This document shows positions 27,590 through 38,137 of a DNA stretch of 64,000 nt, piece by piece. Source of the stretch: Candidatus Tepidiaquacellales bacterium UBA2330 (lineage in GTDB: Bacteria > Bacteroidota > Ignavibacteria > Tepidaquicellales > Tepidaquicellaceae). The stretch lies in the NCBI GenBank assembly GCA_002344965.1, contig DDUU01000010.1:3773-67772 (forward strand), in the 5' to 3' direction. Under the pieces are notes generated by a model that worked only from the letters and a program-made list of their open reading frames with translations, was not told the origin of the DNA and ran no database searches. Numbering within the stretch: the stretch's first letter is position 1; every line of letters begins with the position of its first letter. Both the position numbers and the translations under genes were made by a program.

Positions 27590-28531
27590 ATGTCAGATCT
27601 GAAAATTTTTGCCGGAAGATTTTCGAGTAAACTCGGTAAGAAAATCGCAGCAAGCATGAAGGTACCTCTCGGCAAGTGTTCGATACGGAACTTTAAGGAC
27701 GGAGAGATTTGGGTGAAATACAATGAAAACATCCGCGGTTCGGATGTATTCATAGTGCAGTCCACAATTCCTCCCGCAGATAATCTGATGGAACTCCTAA
27801 TTATGATAGATGCAGCAAAGAGAGCTTCGGCAAGACGCGTCAATGCAGTCATTCCTTATTTCGGTTATGCAAGGCAGGACAGAAAGGATCAGCCGCGGGT
27901 TTCCATAACAGCAAAGCTCGTCGCGAATCTTATTACCGAAGCAGGCGCTGACAGAGTTATCTCAATGGATCTTCACGCTTCCCAGATACAGGGATTTTTC
28001 GATATTCCGGTAGATCACTTATACGGATCTGCTGTCTTCATGAAAAAATTCAGAAAACTTAATATACCGAATGTCGCTGTTGTATCTCCGGATGTAGGCG
28101 GTATAAAAATGGCCAGAGCTTACGCCAAAAGACTTCATGCGGATTTAATTGTAATTGACAAAAGAAGACCAAAGCCGAATGTAGCTGAAGTAATGGACAT
28201 CATAGGTGATGCTAAAGGAAAAAATATTATTATTATAGATGATCTTATTGATACAGGCGGAACGTTTGTAAATGCAGTCAACGCTCTCAAAGAGGAAGGC
28301 GCGAATAATATTTTCGGAGCCTGTACTCATGCAGTATTTTCAGGAGAATCTCTTGAAAGAATTAATAAGTCTGCTCTGAAAAAACTATACGTCACCGATA
28401 CTCTGCCTTTGACGCATTTCTCAAAAAAAATTGAAGTAGTTTCCGTAGCTGAAATTTTCGGAAAATCTATTTACAGAACAAACAGAAACCAGTCTATCAG
28501 TTCTCTCTTTGATGTGGATAAAGCTTTGTAA
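27590..28531 (+). CDS. prs: Ribose-phosphate pyrophosphokinase
   Basis: 313 aa with IPYFGYARQDRK, DLHASQIQGFFDIPVDHL and the PRPP-binding loop IIIDDLIDTGGT. Confidence 0.95.
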   Translation: MSDLKIFAGRFSSKLGKKIAASMKVPLGKCSIRNFKDGEIWVKYNENIRGSDVFIVQSTIPPADNLMELLIMIDAAKRASARRVNAVIPYFGYARQDRKDQPRVSITAKLVANLITEAGADRVISMDLHASQIQGFFDIPVDHLYGSAVFMKKFRKLNIPNVAVVSPDVGGIKMARAYAKRLHADLIVIDKRRPKPNVAEVMDIIGDAKGKNIIIIDDLIDTGGTFVNAVNALKEEGANNIFGACTHAVFSGESLERINKSALKKLYVTDTLPLTHFSKKIEVVSVAEIFGKSIYRTNRNQSISSLFDVDKAL

Positions 28532-28619
28532 TTTGGATTGAAAGCAACATATCATATTCCTATTTTCCCTAAAATTAATTCCTGATAAAACTATATTTAA
28601 TCAAATTTAAAATTATATA

Positions 28620-29999
28620 ATGAGTGTTGACATAATAATGCCGAAGATGGGCGAATCAATAATGGAAGGTACTATTTTAAAATGGCATAAAAAGCCGGGT
28701 GACAGTGTGGAAGTTGATGAAACTATTCTCGAGATCTCCACTGATAAAGTAGATACCGAAGTTCCGTCGCCTGAAGCCGGCGTAATATCAGAGATCCTGT
28801 TTAACGAAGGTGACGTGGTCGAAGTCGGAAAAGTAATTGCGCGTCTCGGCTCCAACGGAGTCGCTTCCTCAGGTGCGGAAAAATCTGATACCAAAACTTC
28901 CGAAACTATTCCCGTAAATGCGCCTGTGAAAACTGCGCCGGATCCTGTACCTGATTTTAAAGCTGCTGAAGAACCGAAAAAAGAAGAGTCATCACAGTCT
29001 CAAGATATTCCGGACGGAGGCAGATTTTATTCACCGCTTGTAATGAATATTGCAAAGACTGAAGGAATTGGATTTTCCGAACTTGAGAAAATTCCGGGAA
29101 CAGGTATCGCAGGAAGAGTTTCCAAGAAAGACATTCTTGCATATCTTAAAAACAGAAAAGCTGCTCCGGTACCAGCTGCGGAACCACCGATGAAATCAGT
29201 AGAAATTAAACTTGAAACCAAAGAAAGCAAACCTGCTGCAGCCGAAAGGAAAATTGAAATTCCGCATACGAAGATCGATTATAATGAAGAAGGTCTTTCC
29301 GTCATGGAGTTTGATAATATCAGACAGAAAATGGCTGAGCATATGATAACTTCAGTGAAGATCTCGCCTCACGTTCAGGCTGTTGCCGAATGTGATCTTA
29401 CAAACGTTGATAAGGTGCGCGCAGCTATGAAGGATGAGTTTATTCAGAAGGAAGGTTTCAATCTGACTTACATGCCGTTTATCTGTGAAGCGGTAATCAG
29501 AGCATTAAAAGATTTTCCACTGATAAATTCAGTTATAGATGACTCGTCAGTTCCTTATAAAGCAATAACAAGAAATTCCATAAATCTCGGCATTGCCGTT
29601 GCTATGGATAACGGCGGACTTATTGTACCCGTCATTCACAATTCAGACGGAATGAATCTGATCGGCATAGCAAGGAGTCTTAATGATCTTGCAAAGCGAG
29701 CAAGGATCAAAAAACTTACTCTGAATGAAATTCAGGGAGGCACTTTCTCCATTACAAATTTCGGAGTTTTTGGAAATGATATCGGAATTCCGATCATCAA
29801 TCAGCCGCAGGTAGCGATACTCGGACTCGGATCCATAAAGAAAAGACCGGTAGTCGTAGAGACAGGTGAAGGTGATTTTATCGTTCCGAGAAAGACAATG
29901 TATATTACTTTGTCATTTGATCACAGACTTGTTGACGGTGCTCTCGGCGGTATGTTTGTAATGAAGATTGCGCATTATCTCGAAAGTTATAAACTTTAA
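28620..29999 (+). CDS. 2-oxoacid dehydrogenase complex E2 (dihydrolipoamide acyltransferase)
   Basis: It has a lipoyl domain (ILEISTDKVDTEVPSP), an E3-binding domain (SPLVMNIAKTEGI...GTGIAGRVSKKDI) and a catalytic domain with SFDHRLVDGA. Substrate specificity is not assignable, and no E1/E3 genes lie in the window. Confidence 0.9.
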   Translation: MSVDIIMPKMGESIMEGTILKWHKKPGDSVEVDETILEISTDKVDTEVPSPEAGVISEILFNEGDVVEVGKVIARLGSNGVASSGAEKSDTKTSETIPVNAPVKTAPDPVPDFKAAEEPKKEESSQSQDIPDGGRFYSPLVMNIAKTEGIGFSELEKIPGTGIAGRVSKKDILAYLKNRKAAPVPAAEPPMKSVEIKLETKESKPAAAERKIEIPHTKIDYNEEGLSVMEFDNIRQKMAEHMITSVKISPHVQAVAECDLTNVDKVRAAMKDEFIQKEGFNLTYMPFICEAVIRALKDFPLINSVIDDSSVPYKAITRNSINLGIAVAMDNGGLIVPVIHNSDGMNLIGIARSLNDLAKRARIKKLTLNEIQGGTFSITNFGVFGNDIGIPIINQPQVAILGLGSIKKRPVVVETGEGDFIVPRKTMYITLSFDHRLVDGALGGMFVMKIAHYLESYKL

Positions 30000-30020
30000 A
30001 TTCGTATGTCGCGTTGATAA

Positions 30021-30056
30021 AAGGGAATAAAGAATTTTTATTCCCTTTTCTTTTTT
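30021..30056 (+). terminator. Rho-independent terminator
   Basis: AAGGGAATAAA (30021-30031) pairs with TTTATTCCCTT (30037-30047): 11-bp stem, then a T-rich run. Confidence 0.8.
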
Positions 30057-30082
30057 AAACAATATAAATTTATTTTTTCCTT

Positions 30083-31849
30083 ATGACTAAAATACGCTTG
30101 TTAATTATACTGCAGTTACTTTTTATATTTTTTCTTTCGGACAAGAATGCTTTCTCACAGTCTGATGCTGATACAAAATACTGGATAATTTTTAAAGACA
30201 AAGGTGAATTTGATCCCGGCGAAAAAATTACGCCCGGCAGTAAAGCGTATGAAGAAGGAAAAAAACTTCTGACCGAAAGAGCTGTTCAGAGAAGACTTAA
30301 AGTTCTGACAGAAGAAAACTTAATTGACTATGCAGATCTTCCGCTTGAAAATTCTTATGTCAAAAAAATTAAGGAAAACGGCGTTGACATTATTGCTCAG
30401 TCAAGATGGCTGAACGGTGTAAGCGCTTATTTGTCAGCAGCGGAAGCGGAAAAAATTATAGGACTGGATTTTGTAGATCACCTGATGTTTGTAAACACTT
30501 TAGTTAAACAGATAATAGAACATGATCAGGAATCCGGCGGATCAGAAAAGTCAGACACACTTAATAAATTAAATTACGGCAAGTCCCTCAGACAAATGGA
30601 ATCGGTGAATGTTCCGAAAGTTCACAATCTTAACATTACAGGCAAAGGAGTTTTAATAGCAAGTTTTGATGACGGATTTGACTGGAGAAATCACGAAAGT
30701 CTTTCGGAACTGAATATTACTGACGAATATGATTTTATAAATAAAGACGGTAATACTTTCCCTGAAAAAAATCAGAAGTATAAAGATTCGAAGAAGCAGG
30801 GATCTCACGGTACTGCAACAGTTTCCTCAATGAGCGGATTTAAAGAAGGATATCTGATCGGACCGGCTTTTGATTCAGAAATTATTCTTGCCAAGACCGA
30901 ATACATAGATACTGAAACTCCGATGGAAGAAGACTTCTGGCTTGAAGCGACTGAGTGGGCTGAGGCAAAAGGAGTTGATATCATTACAAGCTCGCTGATT
31001 TATAAAAAATACGATGCCCCATACAATAACAACTCTTATGCTTATGATAACTTTGACGGAAACACTGCAATAATTACAAACGCAGCCGACAGGGCTGCTT
31101 ATCTTGGGATAGTTGTATGTCAGGCAATGGGTAATTACTTTCAGACTGATGAACCGTCACTCGGCTCGGCTGCTGACGCTGACTCCATTATATCAGTTGG
31201 CGCAGTAACTTTCTCCGGAGATCCGGCAAGCTTTACTTCAAACGGTCCGACTAAAGATGGCAGAACCAAACCAGATGTAGTTGCACCCGGTGTAAACGTT
31301 TATACAGCCACCATGAAAGATGTTTCAGGAAATACCTCAACATATGAATATTCAAGCGGGACTTCATTCTCTACGCCTATCGTAGCCGGTATTTGCGCGC
31401 TGATACTTTCAGCGCATCCCGAACTGACTCCGATGCAGGTAAGAGATGCAATCAGAAATACGGCTTCACAGTCAGGCACACCTGACAATACGCTCGGCTG
31501 GGGGATGGTCAATGCATATGATGCAATGCTTTATCACGGTATGATATGGAGTAATGATTTTACAGTTGAAAAAATTAAAAATGATGAATTAAAGATATCA
31601 ACTTATCTTGCATCAAAGGATATTGTTGATGTCAGTTCAGTAAAAATGAATTTTAGTTTCGATAACGGTAAAAATTTTGAAAGCATGAATATGGATCTCG
31701 TATCTGTGACTGATGAGAAAACCAATTCAGGAAAATACTCGGCTGTGATTAAATTAGACAGGAACATGGATGACTTTAAAGTGTATTTCAGCGCGGAAGA
31801 TAATTCAGGTAAAAAATCTGAATTTCCAAAGGTAAGTTTTTCAAATTAA
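30083..31849 (+). CDS. Secreted S8 (subtilisin-like) serine peptidase
   Basis: The signal peptide precedes a catalytic triad: FDDGFD (Asp), GSHGTA (His) and SGTSFSTP (Ser). Confidence 0.85.
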   Translation: MTKIRLLIILQLLFIFFLSDKNAFSQSDADTKYWIIFKDKGEFDPGEKITPGSKAYEEGKKLLTERAVQRRLKVLTEENLIDYADLPLENSYVKKIKENGVDIIAQSRWLNGVSAYLSAAEAEKIIGLDFVDHLMFVNTLVKQIIEHDQESGGSEKSDTLNKLNYGKSLRQMESVNVPKVHNLNITGKGVLIASFDDGFDWRNHESLSELNITDEYDFINKDGNTFPEKNQKYKDSKKQGSHGTATVSSMSGFKEGYLIGPAFDSEIILAKTEYIDTETPMEEDFWLEATEWAEAKGVDIITSSLIYKKYDAPYNNNSYAYDNFDGNTAIITNAADRAAYLGIVVCQAMGNYFQTDEPSLGSAADADSIISVGAVTFSGDPASFTSNGPTKDGRTKPDVVAPGVNVYTATMKDVSGNTSTYEYSSGTSFSTPIVAGICALILSAHPELTPMQVRDAIRNTASQSGTPDNTLGWGMVNAYDAMLYHGMIWSNDFTVEKIKNDELKISTYLASKDIVDVSSVKMNFSFDNGKNFESMNMDLVSVTDEKTNSGKYSAVIKLDRNMDDFKVYFSAEDNSGKKSEFPKVSFSN

Positions 31850-31850
31850 T

Positions 31851-31875
31851 TTTTTCCGGAAATTCCGGGAAAAAG
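31851..31875. terminator. Bidirectional terminator-like palindrome between convergent genes
   Basis: TTTTTTCCGGAAATTCCGGGAAAAA, a CCGGAA/TTCCGG stem flanked by a T-run on one side and an A-run on the other. Confidence 0.55.
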
Positions 31876-31897
31876 CAGAAAGATTTTTTCGGCTTAC

Positions 31898-32488
31898 TTA
31901 ATTCTGATATAGCTCTCTCTCTGTAATTTCACATAAGATATGTCCGACTGTAATATGTCCTTCCTGAATCCTTTGAGTATTTTCAGATGGTATTATGATT
32001 GGCACGTCACAAATATCTTTAAGTTTTCCACCTTTGTTTTTTCCGAGAAGTCCGATTATTTTCATTCCTTTATCTTTTGCTTTCATCACGGCTTTAATGA
32101 TATTCGGAGAGTTTCCGCTTGTTGAAATCGCTATCAGTATATCTCCGCCGGTGCCCAGTCCTTCAATATTTCTCGAGAATACATTTTCAAATCCAATATC
32201 ATTTCCTCCGGCAGTGAGATTTGACGTATCAGTTGTGAGCGCAATAGCTGCAATTGCAGGTCTGTCGATATCATGCGAGAGTCTGATCATAAATTCAGTA
32301 GCAAGATGCTGACAGTCAGCGGCGCTGCCGCCGTTTCCGCAAAGCAGAATTTTTTTTCCGTTTCTTACAGAATCAGTTAACAGGTCGGCTGCTTCGCATA
32401 TACTGTCAAAACATTTTTCAAAAATCAGCCGCTTGGTATCAGCGCTTTCGGTTAATGATGTTTCGATAAATTCTTTTCTGTCAAACAT
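31898..32488 (-). CDS. gmhA: D-sedoheptulose-7-phosphate isomerase (SIS domain)
   Basis: 196 aa with CGNGGSAADCQHLATEF and ISTSGNSPNI SIS motifs. Confidence 0.9.
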   Translation of the reverse strand: MFDRKEFIETSLTESADTKRLIFEKCFDSICEAADLLTDSVRNGKKILLCGNGGSAADCQHLATEFMIRLSHDIDRPAIAAIALTTDTSNLTAGGNDIGFENVFSRNIEGLGTGGDILIAISTSGNSPNIIKAVMKAKDKGMKIIGLLGKNKGGKLKDICDVPIIIPSENTQRIQEGHITVGHILCEITERELYQN

Positions 32489-32493
32489 ATTTA

Positions 32494-33771
32494 TTATGTT
32501 ATTTGATTTACGATATTTTCGGCAATGCCGATTGAATTTTCAAACACAAGTTTACTTTTCATGCCGGTATCATCCCGGAGTTTTTTATCTTTGAGAAATT
32601 CTCTGAAGACGCGGTAAAACTGTCTTGTATCTTTTATAACAATTCCGCACCCCTTTTCGATAAGTATTTCATCTTCATCGGAATTTTTCACTTTATTAGA
32701 AAATAAAATCGGCATATTAAATATAGCGGGTTCAAGAATATTATGAAGTCCCGTTTTGAATCCGCCTCCGACATAACTCAGATATGCCGCGCCGTAAAGT
32801 TTTGAAAGTAATCCGATCCTGTCCACTATGATAAGATTTTCTCCGTTATAATTATTCAGATTACCGAAACGAATGGTTTTAATATTCCCGTATCTTTCAC
32901 CTATCATTTTTTCTATTGCGGATATTTTTGTTTCTTTTGGCTCATGAGGAACAAGAATTGTCAGCAGATTTTTTTCAAAGTTAAGTGTTTTATCTATCGC
33001 AGGTAAAATGATATCCTCATCTTCTTTCCATGAACTTCCCATTACGAATATTTTTTTTCCGTCTTTGACAAAGGAAGGTAAAATTTCTTCACCTGTCTTG
33101 TTTCCTGCTGTCTGAAGTACTCTTTCAAATTTGGAATCTCCGATCTTTATAATATCTGTTTTTTCCTTTCCAAGTTTCTCTTTGTAATTTTTCTCATCAA
33201 AGTCATCTATTACAAATGCGGTATCGATCATACCGTAAAGATTTTTTTTGAATGAACTTATAACCGGTATATTCCATGTGGAATCATTCTCATCATACCT
33301 TGCGTTTGCCAGAACTCTTTTAATTCCGGTTTTACCCGCTTCATTTAAAATATTATACCAGAGATCGTATCTCATAAAAATAATAATTTCCGGTCTTATC
33401 ATTTCAAGAAACTTTTTCTGATTTGAAATTGAGTCAAACGGAAGATAGGTTTTTATCACGTTCTCATTTATGATCCCGGAATTGTTAAATCCGGATGGTG
33501 AAAAAAATGATAACACAACATTGTAATTTTTTTTAATAAATTCCTGCACAAGAGGAAGCGCCTGCTGATATTCTCCCAGTGAAGATGAATGTATTATCAC
33601 TGCTTTTTTAGGGCTGAATGCAGAAAGAGATTTATCCAGTTCACTGAATAAATCTCTTCTGCCTTTTAAACCTTCTTTAACTTTTGAATTAAAAACCGAA
33701 TAGATCCTGAAAAAAAACCATATTGCCGGAATGCCAATTGTGTTATATATTATATACCAGAATTTTTTCAC
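32494..33771 (-). CDS. waaA: 3-deoxy-D-manno-octulosonic acid (Kdo) transferase
   Basis: 425 aa with an N-terminal membrane helix, then HSSSLGEYQQALPL and C-terminal VGGGF...HNILEPA motifs typical of WaaA/KdtA. Confidence 0.85.
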   Translation of the reverse strand: MKKFWYIIYNTIGIPAIWFFFRIYSVFNSKVKEGLKGRRDLFSELDKSLSAFSPKKAVIIHSSSLGEYQQALPLVQEFIKKNYNVVLSFFSPSGFNNSGIINENVIKTYLPFDSISNQKKFLEMIRPEIIIFMRYDLWYNILNEAGKTGIKRVLANARYDENDSTWNIPVISSFKKNLYGMIDTAFVIDDFDEKNYKEKLGKEKTDIIKIGDSKFERVLQTAGNKTGEEILPSFVKDGKKIFVMGSSWKEDEDIILPAIDKTLNFEKNLLTILVPHEPKETKISAIEKMIGERYGNIKTIRFGNLNNYNGENLIIVDRIGLLSKLYGAAYLSYVGGGFKTGLHNILEPAIFNMPILFSNKVKNSDEDEILIEKGCGIVIKDTRQFYRVFREFLKDKKLRDDTGMKSKLVFENSIGIAENIVNQIT

Positions 33772-33809
33772 GGCTCCGGGTAGTTAGACTTTGTAAATAG
33801 ACTTAGAAA

Positions 33810-34367
33810 TCAGACTTCCATTATATCTTTCTCTTTCTGTGCAAGTATAGTGTCAATACCTTTTATAAATTTGTCTGTCAGCTTCTGAATTTCCGCTTCA
33901 CCGTGCTTTCTTTCATCTTCAGAAAAGTGATCTTCCTTCTCGGCTTTTTTCAAATGCTCAATAGCGTCCCTTCTTAAATTTCTGACCGCGATCTTTCCGT
34001 CTTCGCCGAATTTTTTAACAAGCTTTACTATCTCTTTTCTTCTTTCTTCATTCAGCGGCGGAATCGGTATTCTTATCAGGTTTCCGTCGTTTGAAGGATT
34101 CAGTCCCAGATTTGCCGATTGAATCGCTTTCTCTATCATTGGAATGGCTGTCTTGTCCCAGGCTTGTACCGTGATTGTATGGTAATCTGGTGTACTGACA
34201 TTTCCAAGCTGATTCAGCGCAGTAGGAGTTCCGTAATAATCTACTTTTACACCGTCAAGAAGATTGGTTGTAGCTTTTCCGGTTCGGATCTTTATTAATT
34301 CCTGATGGACATGATCAACCGCCTTTTCCATTTTATCGGATGAGCTTTTTAAAATATCCTTTATCAT
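33810..34367 (-). CDS. frr: Ribosome recycling factor
   Basis: 185 aa with LIKIRTGKAT..LLD.VKVDYYG...IPIPPLNEERRKE...RNLRRDA. Confidence 0.95.
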   Translation of the reverse strand: MIKDILKSSSDKMEKAVDHVHQELIKIRTGKATTNLLDGVKVDYYGTPTALNQLGNVSTPDYHTITVQAWDKTAIPMIEKAIQSANLGLNPSNDGNLIRIPIPPLNEERRKEIVKLVKKFGEDGKIAVRNLRRDAIEHLKKAEKEDHFSEDERKHGEAEIQKLTDKFIKGIDTILAQKEKDIMEV

Positions 34368-34393
34368 AAAATTAAAATTAATTTTAAATTATT

Positions 34394-35104
34394 CTAACAA
34401 ACAAGAGTTCCGATGTTTTCACCCATGACAAGCTTCTTAAGATTGCCTTTAACGTTCATATTGAAAACCTTTATCGGGAGGCCGTTTTCCTGACATAAAG
34501 TAATTGCAGTAAGATCCATAACCCTTAGGTCTTTTTCAAGTACATCCAGATAAGATAATTTTCTGAACATTTTAGCTTTGGGATTTTTTTCAGGATCAGA
34601 ATCATAAACTCCGTTTACTCTCGTGCCTTTAATAATTATATCAGCTTTAATTTCTATTGCTCTTAGCGCAGCGGCTGTATCAGTTGTAAAATAAGGACTT
34701 CCCGTACCTGAAGAAAAAATTACGACACGCTTTTTTTCAATATGCCTTAACGCTTTCCTGAGTATAAACGGCTCCGCTATTTCATCCATCTTTATTGCAG
34801 ACTGCACTCTTGTATATATTCCTCTTTTTTCGAGAGAGTTCTGAATTGCAAGAGAGTTGATTACAGTTGCAAGCATTCCCATCTGATCACCGGTTACTCT
34901 GTCCACTCCCTGTTCATGCGCTGACAAACCTCTGTAAATATTTCCTCCTCCGATTACAATTCCGATCTCGATTCCGAGTTTGGAAATGCTCAGCAATTCG
35001 GAAGAAATTGTTTCAAGCACTTCGGAATCAATTCCGTAATTCTGTTTTCCCATCAGCGATTCACCGCTGAGCTTGAGTATGATCCTTTTATATTTTAAAG
35101 GCAT
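34394..35104 (-). CDS. pyrH: UMP kinase
   Basis: 236 aa with [20 protein letters not shown] and [10 protein letters not shown]...GVYDSDP. Confidence 0.95.
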   Translation of the reverse strand: MPLKYKRIILKLSGESLMGKQNYGIDSEVLETISSELLSISKLGIEIGIVIGGGNIYRGLSAHEQGVDRVTGDQMGMLATVINSLAIQNSLEKRGIYTRVQSAIKMDEIAEPFILRKALRHIEKKRVVIFSSGTGSPYFTTDTAAALRAIEIKADIIIKGTRVNGVYDSDPEKNPKAKMFRKLSYLDVLEKDLRVMDLTAITLCQENGLPIKVFNMNVKGNLKKLVMGENIGTLVC

Positions 35105-35119
35105 GTAAATTTTTCAGGT

Positions 35120-35983
35120 TTATTTATTCTCTTCACCGAGCTGAAATCTGACCATGCTTACTATTTCAATATTGTTGCCGTTTGTTTTATTGAAATCAGA
35201 AATAATGTCCTTGATCGACTTGCCGGATTCGTTTATGTATTCCTGTTCGAGAAGACAGTTATCCTGAAAATATCTTTCCACTTTATTGTTAACTATTGTC
35301 TGCGCAATGTTGTCAGGTTTGTTTTCATTTTTTGCCTGTGATAAGTATATTTCCTTTTCCTTTTCAATAATTTCCTTGGCAATCCCGTCACGGTTTACGG
35401 CGGCAGGATTCATTGCTACTACCTGCATAGCAATATTTTTTCCGAGCGAGTCGGCTTTTTCGTCAAATGTTCCTTTGAATCCGACTAATGATCCGAGTTT
35501 GCTGCCGAAGTGAATATAGCCGGATACAAATCCGTCCGGAGCATTTATAATTTTAGCTCTTTTCAGTTCTGTTCTCTCGCCTACCTTTCCCATGATCTCA
35601 TCAATTTTTTCTTTAACAGTAAGTCCGTCACTGCTTTTTGAAGATAAAATATCTTCAACTTTATCAGAATTAATGCTTAAAGCCGCAGCTGCAATGCTTT
35701 CAGCGAAATTCTGGAATTCATCGCCTTTGGATACAAAGTCAGTTTCGCAGTTTACTTCTATCAAAGCGCCTGTTTTTTTATCATCGGATATCTTTAACTT
35801 AACAGCTCCTTCATTAGTAATCTTATCAGCTCTTTTCACAGCCATTGCTGCGCCTTTTTTTCTGAGTACATCAATTGCTTTATTAATGTCGCCGCCGGTT
35901 TCTTCAAGAGCTTTTTTACAGTCATTGATACCCGCGCCAGTCTTATTTCTTAATTCTTTTATTAGATCTAAAGTAATCTCCAT
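35120..35983 (-). CDS. tsf: Translation elongation factor Ts
   Basis: The N-terminal UBA-like motif is LIKELRNKTGAGINDCKKALEETGGDINKAIDVLRKKG, followed by VNCETDFV. Confidence 0.95.
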   Translation of the reverse strand: MEITLDLIKELRNKTGAGINDCKKALEETGGDINKAIDVLRKKGAAMAVKRADKITNEGAVKLKISDDKKTGALIEVNCETDFVSKGDEFQNFAESIAAAALSINSDKVEDILSSKSSDGLTVKEKIDEIMGKVGERTELKRAKIINAPDGFVSGYIHFGSKLGSLVGFKGTFDEKADSLGKNIAMQVVAMNPAAVNRDGIAKEIIEKEKEIYLSQAKNENKPDNIAQTIVNNKVERYFQDNCLLEQEYINESGKSIKDIISDFNKTNGNNIEIVSMVRFQLGEENK

Positions 35984-36014
35984 AATTATAAGTGAATTTG
36001 TTTTAATTTATATA

Positions 36015-36755
36015 TTAATTCTGTTCCAGTTTTTCTTTCATCTCTTCCGACTCGTCCTCTGCTTTTATCTTTGCAACCTGATTTCCTATAATGGCTGCGT
36101 CAGCAATTGCCTTTGTAATAATTTCAATAGATTTTACTGCGTCATCATTTGCGGGAATAGGGTAGTCCACAAGGTCAGGATCACAGTTTGTATCTACAAT
36201 TGCGTAAACAGGGATATTCAGTTTTCTCGCTTCGCTGATTGCAATATGTTCCTTTTTGATATCGACCACGAAAATAGCTCCGGGGATTTTAGTCATGTTG
36301 ACAATTCCGTTCAGAACTTTTTCAAGCTTCTCCTTATCTCTTGATAAAATAAGTCTTTCCTTTTTTACAAACTGATCAATCGTTCCGTCAGTCTCCATCT
36401 TCTGAATATTGGTAAGCTTCTTAATACTTTTTCTTACAGTGTTAAAATTTGTAAGCATACCGCCGAGCCATCTTTCGCAGACATAAAAGGATCCGCTTCT
36501 TTCAGCCTGGTCTTTTATTATCTGCTTAGCCTGCTTTTTTGTGCCGATGAAAAGAACTTTCTTTCCTTCTGTAGAGATCTTTGAGATTGAGTTGCACGCT
36601 TCCTCGAGAAGTTCGAGTGTTTTTTTGAGATCAATAATATGGATGCCGTTTCTCTCCATAAAAATGAATTTCTTCATTTTCGGATCCCATCTTCTTGTAA
36701 GATGACCGAAATGTGAACCTGCCAGTAACAGATCCTCGATTTGTACTTTTGTCAA
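36015..36755 (-). CDS. rpsB: 30S ribosomal protein S2
   Basis: It has [30 protein letters not shown] and [14 protein letters not shown] start preceded by AGGAGG. Confidence 0.95.
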   Translation of the reverse strand: MTKVQIEDLLLAGSHFGHLTRRWDPKMKKFIFMERNGIHIIDLKKTLELLEEACNSISKISTEGKKVLFIGTKKQAKQIIKDQAERSGSFYVCERWLGGMLTNFNTVRKSIKKLTNIQKMETDGTIDQFVKKERLILSRDKEKLEKVLNGIVNMTKIPGAIFVVDIKKEHIAISEARKLNIPVYAIVDTNCDPDLVDYPIPANDDAVKSIEIITKAIADAAIIGNQVAKIKAEDESEEMKEKLEQN

Positions 36756-37033
36756 GATTAATCCTCCTAGGGTTTAAAAAGCCGAATCAGAATTGCAGAA
36801 CTCAAATAGTTGGAATTTAAAATCTCCGGGAAGGAGATTTAGATAATGAGTTTATCATCAATAAAGAATTGACTTTTGTTTTTTCTTCTACCCCCGTCAT
36901 CTCCGGTTTTACATCCGCTGAAAGCGGACACTGGTAAAACAGGATCAGGGAATATGTATTTTTAAATAGTGTTAATAATAAATCTTTTAAAACAGACGGA
37001 ATATAAATTCCGGAATAAAATGAATCTCTGTTT
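36756..37033 (-). promoter_or_regulatory. Structured 278-nt spacer: rpsI terminator and/or rpsB-tsf 5' leader
   Basis: There is a composite hairpin at 36906-36940 (GTTTTAC/GTAAAAC outer stem, TCCGCT/AGCGGA inner stem). A second hairpin at 36820-36840 (AAATCTCC/GGAGATTT) is followed on the minus strand by a U-rich tract about 65 nt before the rpsB start. Confidence 0.4.
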
Positions 37034-37426
37034 TTATCTTTTAGAGAACTGAAATTTCTTTCTTGCTTTCGGCTGTCCGCATTTTTTTCTTTCTACGGCT
37101 CTCGGATCACGCGTCATAAGTCCTGCTTTTCTAAGAGGACTTTTTAATTCTTCATTGGTTTCTACCAAAGCTCTTGCAATCCCAAGTTTTATAGCTCCTG
37201 CCTGACCGGTAAATCCGCCGCCGTTGACATTTACCTGCGCATCGAATGTTCCTGATGTATTTGTTACCTGAAACGGCTGTATGATCTCGGTATAAAGATT
37301 TTCAGTTTTAAAATAATCCTTAGCCTCTTTATTGTTGATTCTGATCAGTCCGTTTCCCGGTTTTAATAAAACGCGGGCGGTTGCTGTCTTTCTCCTGCCT
37401 ACTTTTAATGTTGAGTTTGAACTCAT
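37034..37426 (-). CDS. rpsI: 30S ribosomal protein S9
   Basis: 130 aa with [10 protein letters not shown]...GGG.TGQAGA...ARAL, ending in ...[10 protein letters not shown]. Confidence 0.95.
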   Translation of the reverse strand: MSSNSTLKVGRRKTATARVLLKPGNGLIRINNKEAKDYFKTENLYTEIIQPFQVTNTSGTFDAQVNVNGGGFTGQAGAIKLGIARALVETNEELKSPLRKAGLMTRDPRAVERKKCGQPKARKKFQFSKR

Positions 37427-37479
37427 GTGTATGTTTATATAAATAAATTAAAATTCTTAACTTTGATTAACTCCGGATA

Positions 37480-37935
37480 TTACAGCTCAAGTACAGCTGG
37501 ATTCTGCGCTGAATGCGGATGATCCGTGCCTGAATATACTTTAAGTTTATTAATAAGTTTATTTCCGAGTTTGGTCTTTGGAAGCATTCTCTTGACTGCA
37601 AGTCTTATAACCCTGTCCGGATGTTTCTGCATCATTTCATTGAATGTTCTTTTTTTCTGACCTCCGGGATAAAGAGTGTGAGTGAGATATACTTTCTGTT
37701 CGGCTCTTTTATCTGCGATCTTGATTTTGTCTGCGTTTAACACTACCACCCAGTCGCCTGTATCTGCATTCGGCGTATACTGCGGATTGTATTTTCCTCT
37801 GATTCTTTTTGCAACTTCACTTGCAAGTCTTCCGAGGATTTTACCTTCTGCATCCACTACGAACCATTTGTTTGAATTTTCTGACCGGGTCGAGAATTTT
37901 GTGATCCTGTTTGTCTTTTTTATTCCAGATTTCAT
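37480..37935 (-). CDS. rplM: 50S ribosomal protein L13
   Basis: It has WFVVDAEGKILGRLASEVAKRIRGK and MLPK..LG......LKVY.G..HPH. Confidence 0.95.
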   Translation of the reverse strand: MKSGIKKTNRITKFSTRSENSNKWFVVDAEGKILGRLASEVAKRIRGKYNPQYTPNADTGDWVVVLNADKIKIADKRAEQKVYLTHTLYPGGQKKRTFNEMMQKHPDRVIRLAVKRMLPKTKLGNKLINKLKVYSGTDHPHSAQNPAVLEL

Positions 37936-38137
37936 ATCGATTTTTAGTAAGCGTTAAAACTACCATTATTAGATTAAAAAATCAATGATATGATTTGTCT
38001 TCAGGGAAGAATTTTACATCGATAAATAAATTGTTTAAGTCCGGCTTGAATGGTTTTAATTACTTCAGAAGTGAACGCCTTGCAGCTTTGTCATTTCTAT
38101 GAAAAATTTAATTTATTCTGCACTCGGTTCTTTTTTA

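Noticed and set aside
35592-36344. 250-aa plus-strand ORF spanning the tsf/rpsB junction
   Set aside because: It is antisense to two highly conserved translation genes and crosses their intergenic spacer, with no motifs.
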